IMG/VR virus record: IMGVR_UViG_3300045988_015843 | Length of the DNA stretch: 64,000 nt | Strand: one strand, 5' to 3' | From: a virus | Shown here: in pieces, positions 18,913-29,774 of the stretch | Layout of the letters: every line of letters begins with the position of its first letter | Numbering within the stretch: position 1 is the first letter of the stretch | Notes under the pieces: generated by a model | What the model saw: the letters and a program-made list of their open reading frames with translations, nothing else | Told to the model about the DNA's origin: nothing | Database searches by the model: none | Position numbers and translations under genes: made by a program

Positions 18913-20073
18913 ATGGCAGAAAAACAAACAAAAGAGACAGCATCATTGAATGATGTGTTGAGCATCTTCAGTGAACCTGACACTGCGTCAGGACGTACTA
19001 ATATGGATACTAGAGTACTGGATGCTGATAGTAAGAATGCACAAGACCCTGTGTCTTAGGATGGCAATAACGCGGATGATAATTCAGATATTCCGCAGGA
19101 TGTGATGGATCGTATGAACGGAAAGTCAGACGATACATCATCGCAAGATAATATACCTAGTGGCAACAATGTTCCAGCGGGCGACATTAATACTAATAAC
19201 AATGACAATGAGCCTTCAGCAGAGGATGTTGCTGAAGCAGAACAGGTCACAGCGCTATTTGACGCCATTGTTGAATCACTTGGTTATAATCCAAACGATA
19301 TCGACGGAGATAGAAAGCCTTTAACAGTTGATGATCTTACGACATCTCTTGGTAATATTGTAAAAGAGAATAGTAAGCCTCAGTACGCTGATGAACGAAT
19401 TGCTAAGCTTGACGATTATGTTAAGAACGGTGGTAAGTTTGAGGATTTCTATGGAGTACAGCGTGATTCGTTGAATCTTGATGATATTGATTTGGATGAT
19501 GAGAGTAATCAAAAAAGAGTGGTCAGAGAGCTTCTTAAGCTCGATGGTTATTCTGATGATCGCATCAATAAGAGAATTGAACGATTTGAAGATGCTGATA
19601 TGTTGTACGATGAAGCAGAGGATGCAGTTGATCGTCTTAAGGAGATTAAGAAACAACAGGCCGAGCAGCTTCAGAAAGAGCAAGAGGCTTATCGTCAACA
19701 GCAGGAGTAGGACGCTCAAAAGTTTTTCACAGACGTTAGAACTCAGATTGATAGTTTGAGTACTATTAGAGGCGTAGCTGTTCCTAAAGAAGATCGTAAA
19801 GCGTTGTTCGATTATATCTTCAGACAAGATGCCAATGGAGTAACTCAATATCAAAAAGACTTTAGTAAAAACTTGTCTAAGAATCTTATTGAATCAGCTT
19901 ATTTCACAATGAAAGGTGATTCTCTCATCAATGAAGCACAGCGGGATGGACAAACATCCGCAGCGCAGAAACTTAGAAATATGTTAAGAGATAGTTCTCG
20001 TAATCATAGCAGTAGAACTATCGATGATGGTAAACAACCTCAGGCATGGGATATTGCGTCAAAGTTCCTATGA
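18913..20073 (+). CDS. Putative scaffolding protein (386 aa), 2 in-frame TAG
   Basis: Frame 1 runs from ATG 18913 to TGA 20071. The protein is acidic with a Q/E-rich coiled-coil character. The call rests on its position immediately upstream of the capsid gene. Confidence 0.5.
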
Positions 20074-20098
20074 TGAGAAAGATTATTAATAAAATTTT

Positions 20099-21622
20099 AT
20101 GAATAACGGTTTGTTAAACAACCTTCAGCTTTATCGCGGACGTCGTTTCAGCGATCTTGTTGATGAGAATATGATTTCTAACGCATTGCTGACTAAGCCT
20201 CATGAGGTATCTGGTCTGCTTTCACTTGTCTTTGGTACCAAGGATGATGGTGTTTCTACAGCAATCGACTTGATTACCGGTGGTCTTGGTAAAACAATGA
20301 TCATTGAGAATCGTGAGTATGAGTGGTCTGTTATGATTGACGCTGATCACGCAGTAAATATTCGTTGGGCTAAGGCTAATGGTCAGGAGATTACTTCAGC
20401 TAATTTCGCTGATGCAACTGCTGGTCTTAACGGTGCTCCGATTTATATCGCACTTGAAGAGAAGTTCTTCGGTCCTGGTGCTATTCTTTCTTTTGACAAC
20501 TATAATTTCCAGGTTCGTGTAAGCGGTCAGCCTTACCAGGACGGTAGTGCTTGGGTATACGAGTGCTATGTTGTCGATGGTTTCTCTGGTTCTTACATTC
20601 CTGGTGAGTACTTGCTTCCTGGTCGTCAGGTTAGCCGCATGGCTTCTGCATACGAGGAGTACAGTGATGAGGAGGATATCATCAACTATCAGACCCCGTT
20701 TAAGATGCGTAATAACCTCATGACGCTTCGTCTTGGTTATGACATCACGGGTGATGCTTATAGCACGGTATTGGCTATTGCATTGAAGGATCCTGAGACT
20801 GGTAAGACATCTTATCTGTGGTCTGATTATCAGTATTGGCTCGCTCTTCGTGAGTGGAAGAGACGCGAGGAGAAGGCTCTTCTGTTTGGTAAGTCTAATC
20901 GTAACTCTGATGGTACGTATAACCTCAAGGGTTCTAATGGTCGTCCTGTTGCCGTATCAGCTGGTCTGTTCGAGCAGGTTGCTCCGGCTAATGTACGTTA
21001 TTACACGACTCTCACCGCTGAGTTGCTTGAGGATTATCTGTTTGATCTTTGCTACAATATGCTTGGTACTCAGGAGCGTAAGTTTATGGCTCTTACTGGA
21101 GAGATGGGTATCAGAGAGTTCGATCGTATTTTGAAGGAGAAGGTTGCTTCTTTCAATATGATTGATACGCACTTTGTAACTGGTTCTGGTCAGGATCTCG
21201 TTCTTGGTGGTCAGTTCACAACCTACAAGATGACTAACGGCATTGAGCTTACGCTTAAGCGTTGTGCAATGTTTGATAACATGGAGCTGTTCCGTCAGTT
21301 GCACCCGCTCACGGGTAAACCTCTGATGTCTTACACGTTCCTGTTTGTTGATCTTGGTAACCGTGATGGTCAGCCGAACATCGTTAAGGTTTGCCGTAAG
21401 GGTCGTGAGTTCGTACAGTGGTGCACTGGTGGTTCTGTAGTTCCTAGTGGCTATGCTAACAGCATCAATACGCTTCGTTCTAATAGCCGTGATGGTTATC
21501 AGGTTCACTTCCTCGGTGAGGAGGGCATTATGCTCCGTAACCCGCTGTCTTGCGGTATCCTGTATTGCGATGCTGAGGATTCTGAGCACACGAACAACGG
21601 TGGTATCAAGAAAGGTGCCTAA
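20099..21622 (+). CDS. Major capsid protein (507 aa), TAG-free
   Basis: Intact ORF. Codon usage is visibly richer in GC at third positions, as in highly expressed genes. It follows a scaffold-like gene and is followed by hairpins and a terminator. Size and position match crAss-like capsid proteins. No sequence motif was verified. Confidence 0.7.
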   Translation: MNNGLLNNLQLYRGRRFSDLVDENMISNALLTKPHEVSGLLSLVFGTKDDGVSTAIDLITGGLGKTMIIENREYEWSVMIDADHAVNIRWAKANGQEITSANFADATAGLNGAPIYIALEEKFFGPGAILSFDNYNFQVRVSGQPYQDGSAWVYECYVVDGFSGSYIPGEYLLPGRQVSRMASAYEEYSDEEDIINYQTPFKMRNNLMTLRLGYDITGDAYSTVLAIALKDPETGKTSYLWSDYQYWLALREWKRREEKALLFGKSNRNSDGTYNLKGSNGRPVAVSAGLFEQVAPANVRYYTTLTAELLEDYLFDLCYNMLGTQERKFMALTGEMGIREFDRILKEKVASFNMIDTHFVTGSGQDLVLGGQFTTYKMTNGIELTLKRCAMFDNMELFRQLHPLTGKPLMSYTFLFVDLGNRDGQPNIVKVCRKGREFVQWCTGGSVVPSGYANSINTLRSNSRDGYQVHFLGEEGIMLRNPLSCGILYCDAEDSEHTNNGGIKKGA

Positions 21623-21682
21623 GAAATAACAAGCCTCGATCTCGGCTTGATTTCAACCTAACGGTTGAAATAACAAGCCTCG
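21623..21682 (+). repeat. 16-bp direct repeat GAAATAACAAGCCTCG (x2) with an embedded hairpin, downstream of the capsid gene
   Basis: Copies lie at 21623-21638 and 21667-21682. The perfect hairpin TTTCAACC-TAAC-GGTTGAAA at 21651-21670 overlaps the second copy. Confidence 0.7.
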
Positions 21683-21710
21683 GGGCTCGTAATAAATGTA
21701 TATATAAAAA

Positions 21711-21746
21711 ACCGCTCGCATCTAGATAAGATGCTCGCGGTTTCTT
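21711..21746 (+). terminator. Probable terminator after the capsid gene
   Basis: Stem CCGC(TC)GCATC / GATGC(TC)GCGG with a 7-nt loop, followed by TTTCTT. Confidence 0.5.
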
Positions 21747-21786
21747 ATATATAATTTATTATAGGTGACAACACTAATTTAATATT

Positions 21787-22539
21787 ATGGTAGTTGAATT
21801 AAAAATTAAAAAGAAAAATCCCTGGGCTGGACTGTTAAAGTATAAGCATTGTTTTGATTACATTGCCCCTTATTACACTAGATCCGGGTCGATATATACA
21901 GGATTGACTCCTGAAGATGAAAAATATTTTGAGGAAGCTATGGGCCTTCCTGAAGGTAAGTTGTCTAAGACAAGTGATTATTGGACAACGTTTTGTGTAA
22001 AGGTTGGTGCTAGAGGATTGCTCCTTGATGATCAGTTCCCGACACAGGCTATGCAAATTAAATTTCTAAGTAATCACAAGCGTGTTGCAACGTCTCTTGA
22101 TAAGCTGACTGCTGGTAAGGATTATTTGCTAATCAATAGTGAGGCAGAGGCTGAGCAGAAGAATAAGGCTAATAAAGTACGTAGAGAAGCTATTAAAGCG
22201 TATGACACTATGTCTATGGATGACATGCGCAAGTGTCTTAGATTATTTGGTGTTCGTTCAGACAATATGTCTAACCAACTTATAGAATCAACAATGTTCG
22301 ATATTGTTGACAAAAAGAGCGATCAGTACTTGACCAAATGGGTTAATAATAAGAAGAAGGATACCGAGTTTATCATTGAAGAGGCTGTGGCCAAGGGTGT
22401 ACTTCGTAAGGAGCGTACACAATATTATTATGGTACTGAGATGATTGCCGACTCACTTTCAGACGCTGTTGCATATCTTGATAACAAGAAGAACCAAGAC
22501 CTAAAGCTTTCTATTATAAACGAGATTAAGAATAAGTAA
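21787..22539 (+). CDS. Hypothetical structural-module protein (250 aa), TAG-free
   Basis: Intact ORF, TAA stop. Confidence 0.5.
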   Translation: MVVELKIKKKNPWAGLLKYKHCFDYIAPYYTRSGSIYTGLTPEDEKYFEEAMGLPEGKLSKTSDYWTTFCVKVGARGLLLDDQFPTQAMQIKFLSNHKRVATSLDKLTAGKDYLLINSEAEAEQKNKANKVRREAIKAYDTMSMDDMRKCLRLFGVRSDNMSNQLIESTMFDIVDKKSDQYLTKWVNNKKKDTEFIIEEAVAKGVLRKERTQYYYGTEMIADSLSDAVAYLDNKKNQDLKLSIINEIKNK

Positions 22540-22557
22540 TCTTAATACACGACAAAT

Positions 22558-23229
22558 ATGACGTATAAGGACATACATAAAAAATACATGATTGAATATG
22601 ACAAAGAGAATGTTACTTCGTCATATCCGTCGCTAACAACATACGAGATTGCTACTATATTAGATAAAGCTTATCTTGCACTTATTGCTCAAAAGTTAAC
22701 TGGAAATCAACAAAGAGTTCCTTTTGAAGGAGACATTAAAGCCATAGAGGATGTTAGGAATCTCATAGCGTCTAAGAAAATTAGTAAGAGTAATACTACT
22801 TTACCAATAGATAACGCTGTGATATACAAGTTGTCTGACATCTTATACTTCTTAACTGCATTAGTACTGATTGATGGAAAACTTGTAACAACAAATCTTG
22901 TTAACCATGAGATTGCTAAGAATTTCATGCATACTGCGACAAATAGACCGTGGATAAAGAACAGTGTTTGTTATATAGAAGGAGATAATCTAATTGTTTT
23001 ATACGATGATTATTCTCATAAAAATGTCGGGGATCTACAACTTACGTATATCAAATAGCCAGATAAGTTTGTAGATCATATAATCGGAAAAACATTTGAT
23101 GACACTCAATTTGCATTGAATGATACTATGGTTGAAGAGCTAATAAGTCTTGCTATTATAATGTCTTTAGAGACTGTTGAATCTCCAAGATTACAAACAA
23201 AGTTGAACACTAAAGCACTAGAGTCATGA
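22558..23229 (+). CDS. Head-tail joining-like protein, paralog 1 (223 aa), 1 in-frame TAG (23056)
   Basis: The ORF continues past TAG to TGA 23227. The motif LTYIK(Q=TAG)PDKF is shared with the next gene. Confidence 0.5.
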
Positions 23230-23960
23230 CGAAGAAACAAACGAGAATGCTTGGAATAGAGTTCGAACGCAGGCTCTAGACAATGGACCCAACCCTTATT
23301 TAGATTAACAAGATTGATACTGATGATATATATGCTTATCTCAATGAGTATCAACAACTTTATGTAAAATAGTTGTATACAGCTGAAGATCAGGTCCCTA
23401 TAGGTACTAATACGTCGATACGAATATCCGATCAGTTAAAACCGCTATTGTCCAATAAGATTCTAACAAAATCATCTATCACAGATACCACTTATGATGG
23501 AAGGTATATAATGTATAACTTACCCGATGATTATTATATGTATGTCAGATCTACATCGTCTGCTGATATCGCGTATAACAATAAAAGTGGTTATAGTATT
23601 CCGAACGTATTGATTGATCAAAATAACGTACATAAAGTTATAGAATCTGCGTACGACACGAATAAGATTATTAGAAACCCAATAGTAGTTTTATCAACGT
23701 CAGATGATAAACCTGTGTTACAGCTTATACATGACGTATATACCAATATTATAAAGGTTAGTCTTACATATATTAAACAGCCAAATAGGTTCGGAATAGA
23801 TGACGATGACGATGCTTGCGAATTACCTATAGATTGTTTTGAGGATCTTGTTTCTGGTGCTGTTAATCTATATCTCACATATAAATATCCTGGATCTAAT
23901 AGAAAATAGGATAATGATAAGAAAGATGAACGAAAGGAGGAAGTGAATGAGAAACATTGA
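23226..23960 (+). CDS. Head-tail joining-like protein, paralog 2 (244 aa), 4 in-frame TAG
   Basis: ATGA overlap start. Frame 0 runs to TGA 23958. Motif LTYIKQPNRF, with Q encoded by CAG at 23778. Confidence 0.5.
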
Positions 23961-24651
23961 TATATTGATCGGTTTTGAACGTGAAATCAATAAGTTGAAC
24001 AATAGTTTGGATAAACCGACAACAGATGATTCTTTGTATTGGCTTAATCAAGCTGTTTCTAAATTCGTAAAAACAAGATTCAATGGAAATCTTCCACACC
24101 TTACATCTTACGAACAGACAGAGAAAAGATCGAAAGATCTGATTAACTTGTTGGTTGATAAAGAACTTCCTGTTGAACAAGATATTCATGGTATACGACC
24201 TGATTATGTAACTTATCATGTACAATATCCTGATGATTTCATGTTTGCATTAAACGAAGATGTTATGATATCAGATTTGTCTGGAGATCATAAAACAATG
24301 ACTTCTGTGTTTGAATGCACAGCTGATAGTTTCATGTATCGTGTAACAAACTCGTTAACAGATTTCCATTATCGTCATTATAAGGCAAGACCTTTAAGAG
24401 TACGTACAATGGTTGATGGATCATAGGGTTGTGATTTGTTAACTGACGGTAAGTATAAAATATTGAAATATAGATTAGGCTATCTACGTAATCCTAATAA
24501 AATATCTTTGGAAAAACCGCTTGGTGAGTATTCAGAGTTTCCAGAGATAATAATGCCTGAGATCATTAAAACTGCTGCTCAGATGTATATAGAAAATAAA
24601 TCAGATCAGCGATATCAGACATTAACTAATGAAGTGAATACTCAAGAATAA
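23947..24651 (+). CDS. Head-tail joining-like protein, paralog 3 (234 aa), 1 in-frame TAG (24424)
   Basis: Track ORFs 23947 and 24436 share a frame. The motif GYLRNPNKI and the N-terminal GFEREINKL parallel paralog 2 (GIEFERRLQ). Confidence 0.5.
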
Positions 24652-24722
24652 TTTTAACGTGGAAACCCCAGCTAGTTAGGTCTAGTATTATTATTTAGGG
24701 GGAGTAGAAGAAATTAAATAAT

Positions 24723-25775
24723 ATGATTACATTTGTAAATACGGTTTTGGTATCTAATCTCAAAGCCGAGAATATTGCTACTGCAGCTCCTGCTGCTTGT
24801 GACAGCATGAATGCTGTATCTGCTGATTATGGCAAGTTTGTCATCATGGATATGGACAAGGGTACGTTTGTGACTGCAGATGAGGCTAAGAAGGCTGATC
24901 GTATTAAGATCGGTCTTGTTACAAACAAGAACACTGTTCGTCGTGGCCCGAAGGACATTAAGTACCTTCCGATCATAAAGTGGTCTAACGTAATCGCTAT
25001 GGATGCTATTAAGAGCGTTAACGCTAGCGTTTATCCCACTGGTGATGCTGAGACTGAGGATACGGTTACGATTGACTTTTCAAAGATTGATGCTACGACT
25101 CTTGCTAAGTTTGCAGAGGGTGGTAAGCGTTTGATCGTTCGTCTTACGTTTAAGGATCTGCCCACTCGTTATCGTAAGTGGACTGAGTCTTATGAGTACG
25201 TGACTGAGGTTGACGATACTGCTGAGACGATTGCTAAGAACGTTGCTAACATGATCAATGCTCAGTGGAAGCGTGCTCGTGTACAGGCTTCTGATGCAGC
25301 TGGTGTTGTTACGCTCGTAGCACTTCCTTACGATGACGACAATGCTTCTAACACGATCAACTGGGCAGGTAAGGTTCGTTTTACTGTAAATACGTATTAC
25401 ACGGATCCTGCTGCTGATGGTTGGGAGAGTAAGAATAAGAATTTCCCGAAGGGTGTTGTTATCTCAAAGACTGAGGGTAAGCAGTATCCTGCAATGGGTA
25501 AGCTTGTACGTGATGAAGAGTCTAAGGCAATGGGTTATCAGGGTATCCTGAACCAGGGCTGTTGCACGTGGCCGATCATTCGCCCCGAGCTCGAAGCACA
25601 GAATGATGGTAAGTACAACATGCTTACGATTGAGTTCCGCACTCCGTACCGTGCAGCTGACGACATTACTCGTTATACGCAGCAAACGCTGAACGTATAT
25701 GCACAGGGTGATATTGCAGATCTTGCCGGTATCTTTGGTGTAACTCCTGAGGCTCTAACAGACGCCAAACCTTAA
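24723..25775 (+). CDS. Abundant virion structural protein (350 aa), TAG-free; exact role unknown (auxiliary capsid or tail component)
   Basis: Intact ORF with the same expression-type codon bias as the capsid gene. A strong terminator follows. Confidence 0.5.
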   Translation: MITFVNTVLVSNLKAENIATAAPAACDSMNAVSADYGKFVIMDMDKGTFVTADEAKKADRIKIGLVTNKNTVRRGPKDIKYLPIIKWSNVIAMDAIKSVNASVYPTGDAETEDTVTIDFSKIDATTLAKFAEGGKRLIVRLTFKDLPTRYRKWTESYEYVTEVDDTAETIAKNVANMINAQWKRARVQASDAAGVVTLVALPYDDDNASNTINWAGKVRFTVNTYYTDPAADGWESKNKNFPKGVVISKTEGKQYPAMGKLVRDEESKAMGYQGILNQGCCTWPIIRPELEAQNDGKYNMLTIEFRTPYRAADDITRYTQQTLNVYAQGDIADLAGIFGVTPEALTDAKP

Positions 25776-25788
25776 TAGTAACAACAAA

Positions 25789-25824
25789 GGTAGAGTAGAG
25801 GTATTCTCTACCCTACCTTTTTTT
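25789..25824 (+). terminator. Rho-independent terminator
   Basis: GGTAGAGTAGAG-GTATT-CTCTACCCTACC (one mismatch) followed by TTTTTTT. Confidence 0.8.
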
Positions 25825-25836
25825 ATATCAGTTCGT

Positions 25837-27267
25837 ATGAATAATAATATATTAAATCAAGATACATAGCTTGATAATATCAAAAGAATTCGTATAGGCA
25901 ATGACATACGTTTACGTATTAATCTGCTTAATATGAAAGGTATTGATACAATCAACATCAAGTCTATTAAAGTATATATAATAAACACATCTCGCGAAAA
26001 AGAGAAGGCTGACAAGATAGCAAATTGTACTAAGTTTATCAGCCGTTTTCCATGCGAACCACATCACCCAGCATTTGAGCCTTCTGCTTACGATTTGAAT
26101 CTTGCAGGTCTTCCTAGATATTATGCATATCCTGAGCATCATTGTCATTATTTTTATCATGGATTCGGACTTCATCCTGATTGGAGTCATATATATCCTG
26201 TTAAAGACTGTACTAATGATACAGAGTTTATTGCCCCTGTTCAAGCTACAGAATACAAAGATCAAGTTGATGCATACTTTCCTGCAAATAGCCAGCTGTA
26301 TTGCGGCGTATATAAGATCGTAGTAGTAGCTCGCATATATCAACCCGGTTATGGTTTGGATAATTTAAGAACTATCACAATGGATTATAATAACATATTT
26401 AGACTCGTAGATGACTCAACTGGTACTAATTCCGATGTAACTATAGAGATTGGAGCAGCTTCTGAAGTTGGTGTTCAGGGCCTTGAGCTTAGTGGTTCAA
26501 CAGAAATGACTGTTGGAGAAACTCAACTCATAAGTACTGTATTTACTCCGTCCAATGCTACCAATAAGCAAGTTACATGCACGACTAGTGGTAATAGTGT
26601 TGAGACCGTTGCACTTAGTACAGCAGGGGTTATGGTTCGTGCAACACAGCTTCCAAATCCTGCTGCTGGAGATACGTATGGTACTATAACAGCAACATCG
26701 TATGACAATAATTCTGTATCGGCATCTATTAAGATAAAGGTACATAATTATGCAATAGCTGTAACACTTGGAACGAATAATTCTATATCAATTCCTGCAA
26801 GAACGTCTGTTATAATAAATCCGTCTGTACTTCTAGAAAACGCTGATATTGTATCTAATTATAAGATTGGTGGCAAAATACACAATGCTGCACAGTTTGT
26901 TGTAGATGGTGTTTATTTTAAAACACAGGATGGTGAGACCTATGATCCTCATTATGGTAATTATGTTACAATCAACGAAGTTGGAGATATATCGAATCAG
27001 ATCGTTATATCAAACAATGGTGCTAATACAATTCCTGCTATATTGCGAGTAAGAATTGTTTCTAATATTGTTGACGAAAATAAAGACAATATCGAAAAAA
27101 CATTTGATATTCAATTGCAACCGTCTACTAATGTTACGACTGATGATAAGTATATACAGTCTGGTGTATACAACAAGCAGAATAATAACATTGAGTTGTC
27201 TAGGTCTGACAACACTATTGTTAATGTAGATCTTAGTGATGAACTTGGTTGGTATGAAGGAGAGTAA
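25837..27267 (+). CDS. Ig-like (BIG2-type) domain surface protein (476 aa), TAG at codon 11
   Basis: ATG 25837 is in frame with track ORF 25933. The segment VQGLELSGSTEMTVGETQLISTVFTPSNATNKQVTCTTSG...TATSYDNNSVSASIKIKV has the bacterial Ig-like group 2 pattern. Confidence 0.6.
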
Positions 27268-27694
27268 TTTAAACATTTTAATAAAAAGAGTTGCACTAAA
27301 ACCCACGTACACAATCGGTCATATGTATATTAACGGTAAATATATGTGTGATACATTAGAAGACACTAACCGTGATTCAAATAAGAATGGTGTTTTCGAT
27401 AATGGTGAGGTTAAGATTAAAGGACAAACAGCTATTCCATATGGTACTTATGAGGTTGTTTGGGCATATTCTCCTAAATACAAACGATTCACTCCAAGAT
27501 TGTTGAATGTACCTTCATTTGAAGGTATTCTGATACACTCTGGTAATACATCTAAGGATACTGAAGGTTGTATATTAGTCGGAGAAAACAAAAAGAAAGG
27601 TATGGTATTAAACTCAAGAGCCACTGTTAATAAGTTGTATCCTATCATAAGGAACGCTTGTAAACAAGGTAAAGTGCATCTCACCATACAATGA
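27254..27694 (+). CDS. DUF5675-like protein, candidate cell-wall hydrolase / endolysin
   Basis: The pattern TIGHMYINGKYMCDTLED ... IPYGTYEV ... LNVPSFEGILIHSGNTSKDTEGCILVG matches the DUF5675 family. It lies directly upstream of a holin-like gene. Confidence 0.5.
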   Translation: MKESNLNILIKRVALKPTYTIGHMYINGKYMCDTLEDTNRDSNKNGVFDNGEVKIKGQTAIPYGTYEVVWAYSPKYKRFTPRLLNVPSFEGILIHSGNTSKDTEGCILVGENKKKGMVLNSRATVNKLYPIIRNACKQGKVHLTIQ

Positions 27695-27695
27695 T

Positions 27696-27986
27696 ATGAA
27701 CAATTGGAAAGATGTGACGCAGTACGCTACAGCTGTTGCTTCGTTCTTATCTGGCGTAGCAATGGCTTTTGCGTCATTTATTAGAAATAATACAGTAGAA
27801 GGAGAAATCTTAGGATTCATCGGAGAGTGCTTCACTTTAACTGGAGGTATATTTGGAATAGGTTTGTATGTACGACATAAGGCCGAATAGATGGGTGCAA
27901 GAATTCGACATACTATATTAAATGATCTTAAGAATGTGGACAGCGATACTGAAGTGGCTGATGAGTCACAAAAAGATCGTCTATAA
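27696..27986 (+). CDS. Holin-like small membrane protein (96 aa, two TM segments), 1 in-frame TAG
   Basis: Track ORF 27696..27890 reads through TAG to TAA 27984. There are two hydrophobic helices. Confidence 0.45.
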
Positions 27987-28611
27987 CGCTCTTGTAGGCT
28001 CTCTAATCGCATTTCTAACAGCGTTTGGTATAATTACTCATAATAAGAATAAAATGCTCTCAGAAGAGCTTTTAGAGGCCTAGAATAACATTGAAGCCTA
28101 TTAGGGAATGCTTAGTGGTTCCCAATAGGCTAACAATGTCTTAACGCTTAATATGAAGAAACTCGGATAGTCTAAAGATTCATTATTGGTTGAGATGGAT
28201 CGTATAGCTAAGGAGAATAATATTAAGTCTAAAAATATCATAACTGGTGCAACCAACCATGAGCAAATAGACGTTACCCTCGACAAGGGGGTGGAGAGGG
28301 TTGTTGAGAGAGATACTATTAGAGATCTGGTAACTATATTAAAAGATACAGTATATACAGACTCTATACTATACAATCCTCAAACATCCGTACACTACAC
28401 TATAGGTAGAGATACGGTATAGGTGAGACTTAAGTTAGATAATACACAATACTTGTACATATATAAACGTAAGGAATACAAAAACAAAAAGAACTTCTTC
28501 TAGAGATTATTTACTCTTGATTGGAAGAAAGTAACTAAGTACAAGTATAAGATAATAAACACGAATGATCTTATAAACAATAAAGATGTTCGTATAGTAA
28601 ACGCTTAGTAA
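27961..28611 (+). CDS. Spanin-like protein (N-terminal TM plus coiled coil, 216 aa), 8 in-frame TAG
   Basis: Frame 1 runs from ATG 27961 to TAA 28609 and includes track ORF 28186. TM segment: IVYNALVGSLIAFLTAFGIIT. Confidence 0.4.
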
Positions 28612-28612
28612 A

Positions 28613-29326
28613 ATGACATATACTTCACTTAAAGAGATTATTGACGACATCCTATTGTTAGTCAGGAATAATAACATTAGTGAGAGTGAGGATTTATCAA
28701 GAGCTTAGATAGCATTATGGGTTCGTACATATAAGGCTGCTATAATCAAAGATAGGTTTGATAAATAGAAAGCTGGTCTGCTAGACGATGACGATGTAGT
28801 AAAGCTAATCGATAGCCTGTATATACGAGAGAAAGGCCCTCTTGAGTTAGAGGATGTTCAATCTTTAAGTGATAAACCCACATTTCTCAAAAGAACTAAA
28901 GATGCTCTAGAGAATATCTACGATAATGATGAGAATAGTATTCTTGCTATATATGATCAGCAAGGAGAGATTATTCAATATATGAGTCATACTCGTAGAC
29001 ACTATCAATACTTTAGAAAATACACATTTGGAGAAATGACTGGTTATTATAAAGATGACGGTCATGTTTACATAGAAGGCACTGCTGATAAAGGTAAGCT
29101 TAAATACATATGGGTTGAAGCTATCTTTGACACCATTGATGATGATGAAGATTCTGATAATATGGATGAGTCTGATGTTAAAATACCATCATGGATGGTT
29201 CCATTAATTAAGCAGAATATCATGAAGTATGAGCTTGGTTTAATGGTTGAGATGCCTAGTGATGATAGTAATAATGCAACGTTGAGCAGTATAAAGAAGC
29301 CAGGTCCTCAAGATAATGAGAAATAA
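28613..29326 (+). CDS. Hypothetical structural protein (237 aa), 2 in-frame TAG
   Basis: ATG 28613 is in frame with track ORF 28982. Confidence 0.5.
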
Positions 29327-29774
29327 AACCGATTCACATACGTATCATAGTATGTACAAGTATTATAAAGCAAACAGTCCATATAAGGTCGAATACAGCC
29401 TCTATAAGCGCATTTTAGACAGAATGAGTTAGATTATAGCGGAAGCTGTTTTAGATCGCTCAGAAGGCTTTAAAATGCCTTGTGGACTAGGTTATATTCA
29501 AGTTGGTAAGTATCAACCTAAGAACTATAATTCTAAATCTCTGAGTATAGATTATAAACTAACCAGAGAGTATGGCAAGGTGATATACCATTTGAATGAA
29601 CACAGTAACGGATATAAATATAGACTTCATTGGTCTAAAGTCCCTATGACGTTTGCTGATAGATATAAATATCAACTATGTCTTGTACGTGCTAACAAGC
29701 GTAAATTAGCTCAACTAATATTTAACAAACACGATTATTTAAACATCAATGATATACAAATATGTAAAATGTGA
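29316..29774 (+). CDS. Hypothetical basic protein (152 aa), 1 in-frame TAG; possibly the IHF/HU-like protein of crAss structural modules
   Basis: ATG 29316 is in frame with track ORF 29475. The GLGYIQVGKYQPK segment loosely resembles the HU/IHF arm. This is weak. Confidence 0.3.

Noticed and set aside
19321-21589. Long minus-strand track ORFs, such as 19321..19854 and 20957..21589, and similar ones at 7575..8027, 2589..3002 and 25912..26343
   Set aside because: They are antisense shadows of well-supported plus-strand genes. Their translations are low complexity, and there is no supporting start context or motif.
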